Below, piece by piece: positions 24,255-37,867 of a stretch of DNA of 64,000 nucleotides (its first letter is position 1; each line of letters begins with the position of its first letter). Under the pieces are notes generated by a model. It was given only the letters and a program-made list of their open reading frames with translations, had not been told where the DNA came from and searched no databases. Origin of the DNA: Octopus vulgaris (lineage: Eukaryota); contig OX597814.1 in NCBI GenBank assembly GCA_951406725.2, positions 175,274,001 through 175,338,000 on the forward strand. The letters are read 5' to 3'. A program made the translations under genes and the position numbers.

Positions 24255-25941
24255 TGGGCTTCTTTCAGTTTCCCTCTACCAAATCCTCTCACAAGGCTTT
24301 GGTCAGCCCAAGGCTATAGTAGAAGACACCTGCCCAAGGTGCTACACAGTGGGACTGAACCCAGAATCATGTGGTTGGGAAGCAAGCTTCTTACCACACA
24401 GCCACACCTGAACAATATTAATAATTGCCAACTGGGAAGAGAGAAAAAACCCATTCTGTGAATGCAAAAGGCTACCTGTGGAACATAATGCGGTGTATCT
24501 GAGTGCTTGGAGTTCCTCAATATCCTCATCATTTAATGTCTGTCTTCCATTGACTAATAACTTGTGAATGAAATTTGGCAGATTGGAAATGAGCAGAAAA
24601 CCATCTCTCTCTCTCACATGTGTGCACATGCACACACCCACCAACACACATCATGTCCATTTAATTTCATGCTCATATGAGTTGAACTGTGTGTATATAT
24701 ATGTGCATGTTTGTGTGTGTATATGTGTGATGCCTGTGTGTGTGTGTGTGTGTGCATGATATGTGTATCTGTGTTTACATATATGTACACACTATACTAG
24801 AAACTGGTATTCTTGTTTATTTTTTGTGTTGATATCCTGTATATTACATACAGTAACAGAGATCAATAAATTAGTTACTGTAGTGATTGACCCTTAAGGT
24901 GCTGCTCCAGAATGCTCACAGTCTAATGATTCAAACTATGAAAAGAATATGTGTGTGTGTGTGAGCGTGCGCGCATGCACACACACACACACAGAGCAAT
25001 ACCCTGTGTTAAGGAAGCTCTGGTTATCAAATTTTGCATTTAAAGAAATTGTAAAATATATTCTAAAACAATGAGTCAGGGTACATTGAAACCATGGGAT
25101 GCAGCATAGCAGATGTGAACAAGGTGGTGAGCAGGCAGAAACGTTAGCATGCTGGGTGAAATGCTTAGTGATAATTCGTCTACCACTACGTTCTGAGTTC
25201 AAATTCTACCGAGGTCGACTTTGCCTTTCATCCTTTCGGGGTCGATTAAATAAGTACCAGTCACACACTGGGGTCGATATAATCGACTTAATCCGTTTGT
25301 CTGTCCTTGTTTGTCCCCTTTGTGTTTAGCCCCTTGTGGGTAGTAAAGAAATAGGTATTTCGTCTGCAGCTACGTTTTGAGTTCAAATTCCATTGAGGTC
25401 GACTTTGCCTTTCATCCTTTCGCGGTCGATTAAATAAGTACCAGTCACGCACTGGAGTCGATATAATCGACTTAATCCATTTGTTTGTCCTTGTTTGTCC
25501 CCTCTGTGTTTAGCCCCTTGTGGGTAGTAAAGAAATAGGATGTGAACTATTTCGGTAAATGAACTTATTGAATCAATGCAAGTATCACTGGACTGTGAGT
25601 GAATGAACAGACAATGAACTGTTAACGGCCAAGATCAACCAGTTCAGTTTGTGAACTACTGCTGTCATGTGTTGTCATGGCATGCACAGATGAGATATTT
25701 CAGGTAATGAGAGATCAGTGTGACTAAAACTCAAGGCAAATGTTCAAGTAGCATTGTTTGATCTGTCATGGAAGAGTTGCATTGGTCTGGGAAAGTTGCC
25801 CAACCAGATGATAGAGATGAAGAAAAGAATAGAAGCCAAAGACAGATAAGGCAGCTTTGAATCCATGACAGAAAGAGATAATAAAATATGAATTTTTGAT
25901 TCATAAATAAATTTTTTTAAAAAAGTATGGTTACAAAAACT

Positions 25942-26362
25942 GGATCTTTTTGGTTTGAACAGCAGTTTTTAACATAATTTCTAGGTAACTAAAAAGTTTT
26001 AAACTTCGTATACTGGTAGAATGTGTTTATAAAACATCTTTTTCTCTTGGCTTTATCAAGAATATTCTATAGTTTGTAAGATATTTGTTGTTTTTTTTTC
26101 TTCAATTTCTGCAATTTCAACCAATCAGTGACGTTTATTGAGGTAAATAACATTCTGTGCCGTATGAATATGTCCCCTGTTTAAGAAACAGATTGGGTTT
26201 ATTTACATTTGTGAAGAAAAAAAAATACCCTTCCCCTAACCCTAACTAACCCTAACCCTAAAACAGATTGAAATGCAATAGATCGATACTAGGGTTATAA
26301 TTATGGGTGACAATTTCATATGACACTGCTAGAAAAAACTGCCATTCAAAGCGAAGAGATCC
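25942..26362. mobile_element. MITE with about 28-bp GG-starting TIRs and 8-bp TSD (Merlin-like)
   Basis: GGATCTTTTTGGTTTGAACAGCAGTTTTT...AAAAACTGCCATTCAAAGCGAAGAGATCC; TSD CAAAAACT at 25934-25941 and 26363-26370. Confidence 0.88.
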
Positions 26363-26438
26363 CAAAAACTTTTTTGAAACAGACTCTGCTGTATCAAACT
26401 TTGAAAATAAGCAAGAATAAAATAGCGTTTATACTTAC

Positions 26439-26660
26439 AGCCACATATTTAGCTTTTCCAAAGAAACACATAGCAATGTTATTCCATAAAATGGCACTTT
26501 CAGGCATAGAACAAGCCACAATTCTATATTTGGTGAGAGCAACATCAAAGTCCCCATGACTTTGCATCATACTTCCAGCTGCTAGAATAGCTTTTATGTG
26601 AGTTGGATCAAAGCTCATGGCATTACCAAGGCTTTCACAGGCTTTTTGAAACTCCTTAAT
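26439..26660 (-). CDS. BBS4: BBS4 exon 9 ([19 protein letters not shown]...[23 protein letters not shown]...[17 protein letters not shown])
   Basis: Near-identical to the conserved BBS4 core; ccag/GTAAGT; 222 nt. Confidence 0.98.
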
Positions 26661-28528
26661 CTGGATCAGATACAAAAGAAAAACAAATAAATAAACAAAA
26701 AATACACATTATAGGAACTGACATAGTTATCATCATCATCGCCGTTGTCGTCATCAACAACATCCACTTTTCCATGCTTGCATGGATCAGATGGAATTTG
26801 CTGAGACAAATTTTCTACAGCCATGCCCTTCCTGTGCTTTCAAGCAAGATAGTATTTCCCCATGGCAGACCAGTTTTCCATGGAAGATTGGAAATATCAA
26901 CACTGCTTGTATGACAAGGTGCTCATCTACAACCATCACAAGATGTCAAGACACAGGTACACACACACACACACACACACACACACGATGGGCTTCTTTC
27001 AGTTTCCATTTATCAAATTCATTCACAAGGCTTTGGTTAGACACGGGCTATAATAGAATACACTTGTTGAAGGTGTCACACAGTGGGACTGAACCCAAGA
27101 CCTCATGGTTGGGAAGTAAGCTTCTTAACCACACAGCCACATCTGCCCTCCTTCTTAGCCAAACAGTGGTTCAGAAGTTTACCTTGCTACAACCATGCAT
27201 TTCTAGATTTGATCCTACTGCATGGTGTCATGATCAAACCTACTGTAATTCTAAGTTGACCAACACCTTGTGAGTGAAATTTCAAAGGTGGAAACTGTGA
27301 AACACCTGCCACATCATCATCATCATTCATTTTTTCCATGTTGGCATGGTCAGGCGCTCTTCCTGACATCAACCCTCACTTATTTCAAAGTAATATACTA
27401 TTCCCACCTTGGTTCTTCAAGCAATGAACAGCTCAATGACTGGTCTTGTTTTTATGACAGATTGTAAAACAAAGACTTTGTCATATAGGTGGCATAGTTT
27501 TTATGCAGTGTGCAAATATTAAGAAGACAATGGGAAGTCCCAAACATACTCATACACTCATGGACAAATACATATATGCATATATGTATATTTACACACT
27601 TTTGCTAAGTTACGGGGATGTAAACACACCACCATCGGTTGTCAAGTGATGTTGGGGGGGGGGACAAACATAGACACACAAACATACATACACACATATA
27701 TATACATATATACGACGGGCTTCTTTCAGTTTCCGTCTACCAAATCCATTCACAAGGCTTTGGTCGGCCCGAGGCTATAGTAGAAGACACTTGCCGAAGG
27801 TGCCACGCAGTGGGACTGATCCCAGAACCATGTAGTTGGTGAGCAAGCTTGGGAAGTCACAAACATACTCATACACTCATGGACAAACACATATATACTT
27901 ATATACATATATGCATATGTGTATATTTTCACACATGGCAAGCTTCATACACTTTCATTTTTCAATTCCATTCACTAAGCATTGGTCAGCTAGAGACCAT
28001 TGTAGAAGGCACTTACCCACAGTACCATGCAGTGGTGTGTGTGTGTGTGTGTGTGTGTGCATATATACATTAGGCGGCGAGCTGGCAGAAACGTTAGCAT
28101 GCCAGGCGAAATGCATAGCTGTATTTCGTCTGTTGTTACGGTCCGAGTTCAAATTCTGCCGAGGTCGACTTTGCCTTTCATCCTTTCAGGGGTCGATAAA
28201 TTAAGTACCAGTTACGCACTGGGGTCGATGTAACCGACTTTATCCCTTTGTCTGTCCTTGTTTGTCCCCTCTGTGTTTAGCCCCTTGTGGGTAGTAAAGA
28301 AATTATATATACATGTATAGTGTATTCCTGTGTATATATATATATATATATATATATGTATGGTGTGTATGTGTGTGCTTGCATGCATATGTATGAGTGT
28401 GAGTGAGGGTGAGTGTGAAAGTGTGTGCGAGTGTACGTGTGTGTGTGAAATACACATAGTCATACATTGGCAGACACAAACACACACTCTCACTATTCAA
28501 ATATATATAGAAAGATATTGTCACTAAC

Positions 28529-28583
28529 CTCCATATATAGTAATCCAAGAAAAGTAAGAAGTTCAGGATTTTCTGGAAATATT
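28529..28583 (-). CDS. BBS4: BBS4 exon 8 (IFPENPELLTFLGLLYME)
   Basis: Matches FSPENTELLTTLGLLYLQ; tgtag/GTTAGT; 55 nt. Confidence 0.95.
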
Positions 28584-29649
28584 CTACATAAATAAAAGAA
28601 ATAGCAAAAATAAAAAACAAAAAAAACAACACGCATGAGGATTTTGATGAGAAAGACTATTTACATAAAAATGACAAATCAATACTGATCATGAATGTTG
28701 CAGTTATTTCACAGTGTATGTTTGTCTGGGAGAAACTGTGTTTCAAAGACAGTGTTGTAATAGTTTTGAGATCCTCCTCCTCCTCCTCATCATCATCACC
28801 ACCACCACTGCCACCATCATCATCATCCTTCTCCCTACCCTTCTTCCTCCCCATCATCACTATCTAGCATCAATTTCTATGCTGGCATGGATTGGCTGGA
28901 TGAGAGAACAGAGCCAAGTCCCAGTGTCTGCTTTGGCAGTTTCTACAACTGGATGTCCTTCCTAATGCCAACCACTTTTACAGGGTTGGAATATGCAGTG
29001 GAAACTGAAAGCATCTCTTGCAAAATATTTAATCATTCTCATGGCTTTCCAGCAGTGCCCATCACTTGTATTCATTTTAGCATACTGTTTACCATATAAA
29101 CTTCTGCATTACATCTGTTCCTTTTTCCAAGTTTTAGCTTAGAGGAACCTTGGATGTTATTGCTAAAAGGGCAAACAACCACATTGTGGCTCTTTCCCAA
29201 TGGCCAGGATTGTCACTGGCTGGTTCATATTGTTTTGGTGTGTCATTTCATAATAGCTTCATATTTAATTGCAAGAGCTGTGCATGTTGGAGAAGTCAGT
29301 AGACACAAACTGATCTCTTCATATGTCTAAACAATTTTTTAGTTTCAGAGTCTCAGACATGTTCATATGGTTAAGAAGTTTGTTTTTTAACAATATGTTC
29401 TGGGTTCAGTCCCACTGTACAACACCTTGAGCCAGTAACTTCTTTCATAGCTTCAGGTTGATCAAAGCCTTGAAATGTGGAAGCAGAGTGAAAATGTGTT
29501 TCTATCCATGAAAGGTTGACATTAACTATTGTCCAGTTTACTAGTTTAACACTGCCATCTAGCCTTTGGTTACTTGTAGCAGAGTTTCCTCTGTTGCATG
29601 TATTTAGACCAGATTTCCTGCCAGAGGCTAACTTCCTTCCTTTGCCGTA

Positions 29650-30046
29650 ACTCTTTTACTTGTTTCAATCATTTTACTGCAGCCATGCTGGAGCACCGCC
29701 TTTAATCGAGCAACTCGACCCTGGGACTTATTCTTTGTAAGCCCAGTACTTATTCTATCGGTCTCTTTTGCTGAACCGCTAAGTGATGGGGACATAAACA
29801 CACCAGCATCGGTTGTCAAGCGATGTTGGATAGGACAAACACAGACACACAAACATACACATCTATATATATACATATATACGATGGGCTTCTTTCAGTT
29901 TCCGTCTACCAAATCCACTCACAAGGCTTTGGTTGGCCCGCGGCTATAGTAGAAGACACTTGCCCAAGGTGTCACGCAGTGGGACTGAACCCGGAACCAT
30001 GTGGTTGGTAAACAAGCTACTTACCACATAGCCACTCCTGCGCCTA
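29650..30046 (-). mobile_element. SINE family A, full length
   Basis: Same consensus as 15586-15990. Confidence 0.85.
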
Positions 30047-30326
30047 ACTAGTCATAATCTTCTCATGAGTCTGACAAAACTTACTGAGACAGTTTTTATA
30101 TAGCTGGATACTCTTCCAGTTACCAATCCTCAAGTGTTTTCAAATAATACACTATTTCCTCTAGCCCTTCAAACAGCTCAATGACTGGTCTTGTTTTCAT
30201 GGCATACAAACAGAGGCCTTCTGACAGACCATAAAAAATTTCTGACAAAACCATAAAACTATATAGAATTCAGATGAAATATATAGATGGTGAGTGAACA
30301 ATAAATAGTGCAAGGCTAGAACTTAC

Positions 30327-30454
30327 TCAACAGCTTTGATGAATACTTCAATGGCTCGTTCCACATTTCTTTCCAGCATGTATATTTTTCCCAACATGAT
30401 AAATGATACTTCATGATGCTTGTGAGTAATTGCAGTCTGGAGAAATTCTTTGGC
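30327..30454 (-). CDS. BBS4: BBS4 exon 7 (AKEFLQTAITHKHHEVSFIMLGKIYMLERNVERAIEVFIKAV)
   Basis: TPR matching [25 protein letters not shown]; ttttag/GTAAGT; 128 nt. Confidence 0.96.
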
Positions 30455-30688
30455 CTAAAATACAATAAAATGAAAACACTTTTCACGTCCATTTTTCCAT
30501 GCGTACACAATAAGATTGTTTATTTGTTTTGAATAATTAGCTTTCACAGTTGGATTGTCTTCCTACTGCTAAGTAGTTAAATATGAAGCAGGAATGAAGC
30601 TTTTCTTTTTCTTTTTCCTCAGCAGGAAGATCTAAAGGACCCTGGTTCATCCCCGGGTTTCGGCATCCGGTGGCTGGTCTGCTTGTTT

Positions 30689-31090
30689 ATAGGCGTAGGA
30701 GTGGCTGTGTGGTAAGTAGCTTGCTTACCAACCACATGGTTCTGGGTTCAGTCCCACTGCGTGGCACTTTGGGCAAGTGTCTTCTACTATAGCCTCGGGC
30801 TGACCAAAGCCTTGTGAGTGGATTTGGTAGACGGAAACTGAAAGAAGCCTGTCGTATATATGTATGTGTGTGTATGTGTTTGTGTGTCTGTGTTTGTCTC
30901 CCTAGCATTGCTTGACAATCGATGTTGGTGTGTTTACGTCCTTGTTACTTAGCGGTTCGGCAAAAGAGTCCGATAGAATAAGTACTGGGCTTACAAAGAA
31001 TAAGTCCTGGGGTTGATTTGCTTGACTAAAGGCGGTGCTCCAACATGGCCACAGTCAAATGACTGAAACAAGTAAAAGAGAAAAGAGAAG
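30689..31090 (+). mobile_element. SINE family A, full length
   Basis: Same consensus; opposite orientation to the copy at 29650-30046 on the other side of BBS4 exon 7. Confidence 0.85.
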
Positions 31091-31266
31091 AGAGACATCT
31101 CTTTTTTGGATGTAATTTGTTATGATTGTCACAGTGTGCTAGAAAGCTTGCACAATAGTGATTTTTGATAGCCTTTCTCAGTGAAAAACCTACAAAATTT
31201 GGAGAAAGAGTTGTTGAAATAGCAGTGAAATCTCTCTCAAATCACAACTTATTTTTTTAATAAAAA

Positions 31267-31631
31267 CTAGCACAATGACCCGGTGTTGCTAGTGCATGCA
31301 TATACAGCTGCATGCATGTGCACATACATGTGAGTACTGTCCAAATTTCCGACCAATCACATACAGCTAGCTGGCATTCAATTGGCATATCAAGTTTTGG
31401 GCATTTTGATTGGGTTTTGGATAAAAAATTCACAAAAAAGTCACTTCTATTGATTTTTTAATGGCTTTGCAGGGTGACTGGGGAAATGTAAAGATGTGCA
31501 CGACCACCCTTGGACGGTTTTGAGTGACCATAGAAAGTGCAAGCCCTCTAACTGAAAAATTGTGGATTTGTATAAAGGACACGCACACACACACAGACAG
31601 ACAGACATTTTGCCTTTTATATAAATAGAGA
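31267..31631 (-). mobile_element. Non-autonomous Helitron
   Basis: Minus strand begins A|TCTCTATTTATATAAAAG with (TCTG)n and ends GCAACACCGGGTCATTGTGCTAG|T; inserted in an AT dinucleotide without TSD. Confidence 0.7.
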
Positions 31632-31787
31632 TGCAGGACACATTGGCTAATGTAACCCTAGATACACAATGTATAAAAAAAACAAAACAAAGAGATGACC
31701 ATGGCTAGAATGCCTCTGATAATAGATCTGTTTTATCATGGCTGAGCTGCAGCTAAACAATAACAACAATAACAATGAGATACTCAC

Positions 31788-31841
31788 CCTTTCGTAATCC
31801 TTTAGGTGCATGTAACATATCCCAACATTGTGTGCTATCTC
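31788..31841 (-). CDS. BBS4: BBS4 exon 6 (EIAHNVGICYMHLKDYER)
   Basis: Matches EISHNLGVCYIYLKQFNK; accag/GTGAGT; 54 nt. Confidence 0.95.
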
Positions 31842-32659
31842 CTGGTAAAATAAATATAATACATAAACATATATTTATGTATATATGATGCTGAAATATG
31901 TGGTTAGATGGGTGATACACAAATTATGCACATAATCAAATTGGTAATACAGAAAAGTGTAATACTCAATGACGAGTGTAGAAAGAAATCGAACCAGCCA
32001 GTATCCCTGGTCTGGTGGTACGTAAAAGCACTATCCGACTCATGGCCGATGCCAGCGCCGCCTCCACTGGCTTCCGTGCCGGTGGCATGTAAAACACACC
32101 AATCCGACCGTACGACAGGCACCCATGCCAACCCCCCTTTGCTTGCGAAGACATGTTGGGAAGAAAGGGAATTTTGTGATCTGGGGAGGGGGTAGAACCA
32201 GCCAGGATCCCTGGTCTGGTGGTACGTAAAAAGCACTATCCGACTCGTGGCCGATGCCAGCGTCGCCTCGACTGGCTTCTGTGCCGGTGGCACGTAAAAT
32301 ACACAAATCCAACCGTGGCCGTTGCCAGTACTGCCTAACTGGCCCCATGCTGGTTGCATGTAAAAGCACCCACTACACTCTCAGAGTGGTTGTCGTTAGG
32401 AAGGGCATCCAGCTGTAGAAACTCTGCCAAATCAAGATTGAAGCCTGGTGCAGCCATCTGGTTCACCAGCCTCCAGTCAAAATCGTCCAACCCATGCTAG
32501 CATGGAAAGCGAACATTAAATAATGATGATGATGATGATGCTTGTTTTATCATTAATCACTCTAAGACAACCTACTTTAGAAATAAGGTAGACTAATAGC
32601 CTTATGATATTCAGTTTTGATTTATTGTAACAAGAAGGGAAGTTAATAAAATTGATTAC

Positions 32660-32732
32660 CCAATCCTTTTCACTGTATTTTGCAGCTTCTTGGTAAACAC
32701 CTATCGCAGCTTTGTGTCGTGCCAACAAGAAT
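32660..32732 (-). CDS. BBS4: BBS4 exon 5 (FLLARHKAAIGVYQEAAKYSEKDW)
   Basis: Matches [24 protein letters not shown]; ttttag/gtaatc; 73 nt. Confidence 0.96.
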
Positions 32733-33775
32733 CTAAAAGTAAAACAGATATATGTCAGATTTATGTTTCATACTTTTATCAAGTCACTTGATCAAAATAT
32801 GATGAAACCCCCAGGTGTAGTGCCTTATTTCTAATTAAATACTTCTTGTGCATGTATCTCACTAGGAAGAGGGTACTGCTAGTCTCTCTTCCTAATACAA
32901 AACTGAACTGCATCTCATCTGAGTTAATTCTTTTCTTGATGAGTTTCATTTTATTATCATCATTTTACATTAGCTTTCTCAGCTTGCATAGGTAGGGTGG
33001 TTCTCACAGTGTCTTTCCTTTATCATGCCACTAATACTAGAGAGATTGTCTTTAGCAGGATTAAACAATACTCTCTATCCTGTAAGTTGTTGTCCTCCTA
33101 GAGTTATTGCAATGCATATATATCCACACCCATCACCAGCTATTATATGAAAGCAACATAAGATAATGATGAGATGATGATTTGAAGCCGATTTGGTGGC
33201 TATTTCAAACATGTCTTTGTTTAGTCAATAAGCATTCTTGGTAAACACCTATCGCAGCTTTGTGTCGTGCCAACAAGAATCTAAAAGTAAAACAGATATA
33301 TGTCAGATTTATGTTTCATACTTTTATCAAGTCACTTGATCAAAATATGATGAAACCCCCAGGTATAGTGCCTTATTTCTAATTAAATACTTCTTGTGTA
33401 TGTATCTCACTAGGAAGAGAGTATTGCTAGTCTCTCTTCCTAATACAAAACTGAACTGCATCTCATCTGAGTTAATTCTTTTCTTGATGAGTTTAATTTT
33501 ATTATCATCAGTTTACATTAGCTTTCTCAGCTTGTATAGGTAGGATGGTTCTCACAGTGTCTCTCCTTTATCATACCATTAGTACTAGAGAGATTAATAC
33601 TCTCTATTTTGTAAGTTGCTATTCAGGGTTACTGTCCTCCTAGAGGTATTGCAATGCATATATATCCACACCCATCACCAGCTATTATATGAAAGCAACA
33701 TAAGATACACGCGTATGATTTGAAGGCGATTTGGTTGCTATTTCAAACATGTCTTTGTTTAGTCAATAAGCATTT
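32687..33775. repeat. Tandem duplication (period about 548 bp) covering the BBS4 exon 5 acceptor and the first 46 nt of the exon
   Basis: 32687-33234 and 33235-33775 are highly similar; the second copy carries a truncated exon 5. Confidence 0.95.
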
Positions 33776-36700
33776 CCCCCAATCACATAAATACAAGAAA
33801 ACATTCCTTGAGAGTCTTTTTTAGCTTTGCATCTAGCATAAAGTAATATTAATAATGTAACATGAAAGCAGCAAGCTGACAGAATCATTTGCATGCCAGG
33901 AAAAATACCTAGAAGCATTTTTTTCATCTGTACATTCTGAGTTCAAATTCTTCCAAGGTTAACTTTTCCTTTCAATTTTTCAGGTTCGATAAAATAAATA
34001 CCAGTTGAACACTGGAGGAGATTTGTCTTGGAATGTATTTTCAGACCTTGTGCACAGTTCTCATTGAGAAATTGTTGGTATATATCTTTTACTGTTTGAA
34101 ATTGGTGACCTTTCTGAGTGGATTTCAACTTTAGGAATAAAAATAATTTGTAGAGGTACATGTATAGAGATTAGAGTATCTATAGAATGAGAGTCATCTC
34201 ACACTTTGCCAAAAAGGTCATGGACAAAGAGTCACGAGCAGGCAAGTTTCTATGGTGCAATATCCAAGTTTTGTTTGTCCATGCCTCAGGTCACTCTCTT
34301 TACACAGCCCCTCTCAAATACAAAGGACATCCAAATAAAACTTTTTATTGATTATTTGACTATATGGAAGAAACCCATGATGAAAAATGTTCTTCCACAA
34401 AAAAAAAAAAGACATTTTCTTCACATCTGAATGACTTCGATACTTTTTTTTTTTGGTGGCATTATAGCTCAGTGGTTAGAACATTAGGCTCATGAGATAG
34501 TGAGTTTAATTCCCAGAATGGGCTGTGTGTTGTGTTATTGAGCAAGACACTTTATTTCACGTTGCTCCCATTCACTCAGCTGTAGAAATGAGTCACTGGT
34601 GCCAAGCTGTGTCAGCCTTCGCTTTTCCCTTGGATAACACTGGTAGCATGGAGAGAGGAGGCAGGTATGCATGGGTGACTGCTCGTCTTTCGTAAACAAT
34701 CTTTCCTCGACTTGTGCCTTGGAGGGGAACTTTCTAGGTGCAATCCCATGTTTATTCATGACTGAAGGGAGTCTTTACCATTTACCCTATCAATGATCCA
34801 ACTACTGTAATAACTGCCTTTTCTTTTTGTTTCAATATCATAATTATACATCCACATCTTGTTATCTTGTCAGAACATTCTTTATCAACATTCAAACAAA
34901 TAAATCCTGACTGTCCATAACACTCTTCCCTTTCTGTTTGCATGTCAGCAGAGATGCAGCACAAACTTTGCAGCAACATAATGCATTTTCCTATTTCTTT
35001 TTTCAAGTCACGTGGCATAAAGTTATACAGATGCCTACTTCTGAAACTTCACAGGAAGTCAAGCAATGGTTTTTACCAAATCAGATCAAAGCAAACACAT
35101 TTACAATGTGATCATTGCTCTTTGTCATGAAACATTGTTCATATTTGGAATAACTCTCTGTGGATATTGTGCATGTGTGTGTATCAATATCTACAGGCAA
35201 CAATATATCTACACACACACATAAACACTTATTTATAAATACACAGATACACACACACATATATATCATCATCATTTAACATACTTATATACACACACAC
35301 ATATAGATACATAGATACATATAGATAACATACACACATTACATACATACACACACACAAATATACATACATATATTTGTATGTACTTGCATAAATGATT
35401 CATTCAAGAGTAGATCTTCATTTTCTTTGTTCATATTTTAACATGCTTTGTACCAATATCTTATATCTTGTACAAGAAAGCTGTCAACATTAAATGAAGA
35501 GAAAAGTCTACAACAAAGAGTCAAAAGTAAGTTCTTGATTTGATTTGTAATTATGTATGACTATTTGCTGTAAGAAAAAAAAAGGTACACATAATTAGAT
35601 AGTATTAAACTAATATTTCTAGTTCTTAATAAGAAAAGCTATGGATAAAAATACATATTTTTATGTAATTTTGTAAATCAGTATATTTGCCATATAATGT
35701 TATTAAATACAAAGAAACCCGTCTCTTTCATGTTACCAGAATAAATTATTGTTTTTGATAAAAAAACAAAAGCCATGACTATGAAAAGGAAAAAGCAGAG
35801 AATAGTAGGTGTGTTACAATGTTTGTACTTTACACATGTTGCTAAATAAAGAGGAAAACAAAAAAGGTCTTTAAACTGGGTCACTGAATGCTTATGGTGT
35901 TCTCAAGAGAATAATAATAATAAAAGATTTTTTCAACATGGGCCCAAGGTTACTTTCATAAATATTGGTCTCTGACAAGAGAACAAAGAGGTACACTTCA
36001 GATAGAAGAATGGGAATGGTTGATTATATTGACCTACTATTTGGTTGGTATTCATTTTACCATCCCATAAAGGATGAAAGGTGAAGTTGACCTTGATTTG
36101 AGTTTGAACTCAGAAGAACATAAAACGATACAATTAAATACTGGAAGGTATTTGAGCCAATGTTTTAGGAATTCTGTTAATCTACTATCCTTCATCATCA
36201 TCATCATCATCATCATTGTTTAGCGTCCGCTTTCCATGCTAGAATGGGTTGGACAGGAAATTAATATTGATTTTAAATTTTGGCACAAGGCCAGTCATTT
36301 CAGAGGAGGGGTTAAGTCAGTTACATCCACCTCAGGGTTCAATCGTTTGTTCATCGTTTAACATCCACTTTCCATGCTAGCATGGGTTGGACGATTTGAC
36401 TGAGGTCTGGCAAACCAGATGGCTGCACCAGACTCCAATCTGATCTGGCAGAGTTTCTACAGCTGAATGCCCTTCCTAATGCCAACCACTCTGAGAGTGT
36501 AGTGGGTGCTTTTATGTACCACCGGCATGAGGGCCAGTCAGGCAGTACTGGCAATGGCCACACTCAAATGGTGCTTTTTATGTGCCACCTGCACAGGAGC
36601 CAGTCCAGCAGCACTGGCAACGACCTCGCTCAAATGTTTTTTCAAGTGCCAGTAGGGCGACGCAGGTAATGATGGCGATGCAGGTAAAGTTCAACTGGTA

Positions 36701-37755
36701 CTTATTTTGTTGCCCCTTGAAAGGATGAAAGGCAAAGGTGACCTTAGTGAAATTTGAACTCAGGATGTAAAGACAGACAAAATGCTGCTGAGCATTTTGT
36801 CTAGCACGGTAACGATTCTGCCAGCTCACCACCTTATTTAATATTTCAAATTTTGGCACAATGCCATCATGTTCAAGGCAGCGGGTAAGTTGATTAGATC
36901 AACACCAGTGCTCAGCTGGTACTTATTTTATTGACCCTGAAAGGACGAAAGGCAAAATCTACCTTGGTGAAATTTGGACTCAGAATATAAAGACAGATGA
37001 AATTGCAAAGCATTTTGTCCAGCATGGTAATGATTGGGGCTAGCTCACCACCTTATTTTATTATTTTTTTTCTCTCTAGTTTCAGCTCAGAGCTGTGGCC
37101 ATGCTGATGCACTGCTGTTAAAATGTAAGTAAACGATGCATCGACTGGGAAATGAACCGTCCGCATGGCAGGTGAACATTCTACCACTTATTACTTAATA
37201 TTAAGACATCTTTTTGTATCTTTATCTTTTTATCTCTTACTTGTTTTAGCCTTTTGACTGTGGCCATACTGGAGCACTACCTTGAGCAGTTTTACTCAAG
37301 CAAATCGACCCCAGTACTTATTTTTTAAAAGTCTGGTACAAATTCTATTGGTCATGTTTGCCAAAACACAGTTATGGGGATGTAAACAAACCAACACCAT
37401 TTGTCAAACAATTGGTGGGGAACAAATACAAACACAAAAACATACACATACATTGTTTCACACACACACACACATATATACAAGGGGCTTACACACAGTT
37501 TCCATCAACCAAATTCACTCACAAGGCATTGGTTGGCCCAGAGTTATAGTAGAAGACATTTGCCCAAGGTACCACACAGTAGGACTGAACTCCCAAACTG
37601 CACCTATGTATGGCAATTAAGAACAAAAAAATTCATTTTCCTTTTGTGCAAATTGGAGAATACAACCCAAATATCTGAATTCTAGGTAGTAGATTAAGGC
37701 ACATGGTAAATATTTTAACGTGTCTTATTTAGAAATGTAATTCTGAAATACTCAC

Positions 37756-37867
37756 AAAGATCTTGCCACTTGTTTTAAATTGTCCGGACAATGAGGGTTT
37801 AGAAAAACACAGTTTTGGAATAAATCTAGGCTCTCTTGAATTTTCCCTTCTTGTCTGAGAATCAAAG
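37756..37867 (-). CDS. BBS4: BBS4 exon 4 ([36 protein letters not shown])
   Basis: Matches BBS4 EGNIQESLELFQ...[10 protein letters not shown]; tttag/GTGAGT; 112 nt; not in the ORF track. Confidence 0.96.
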
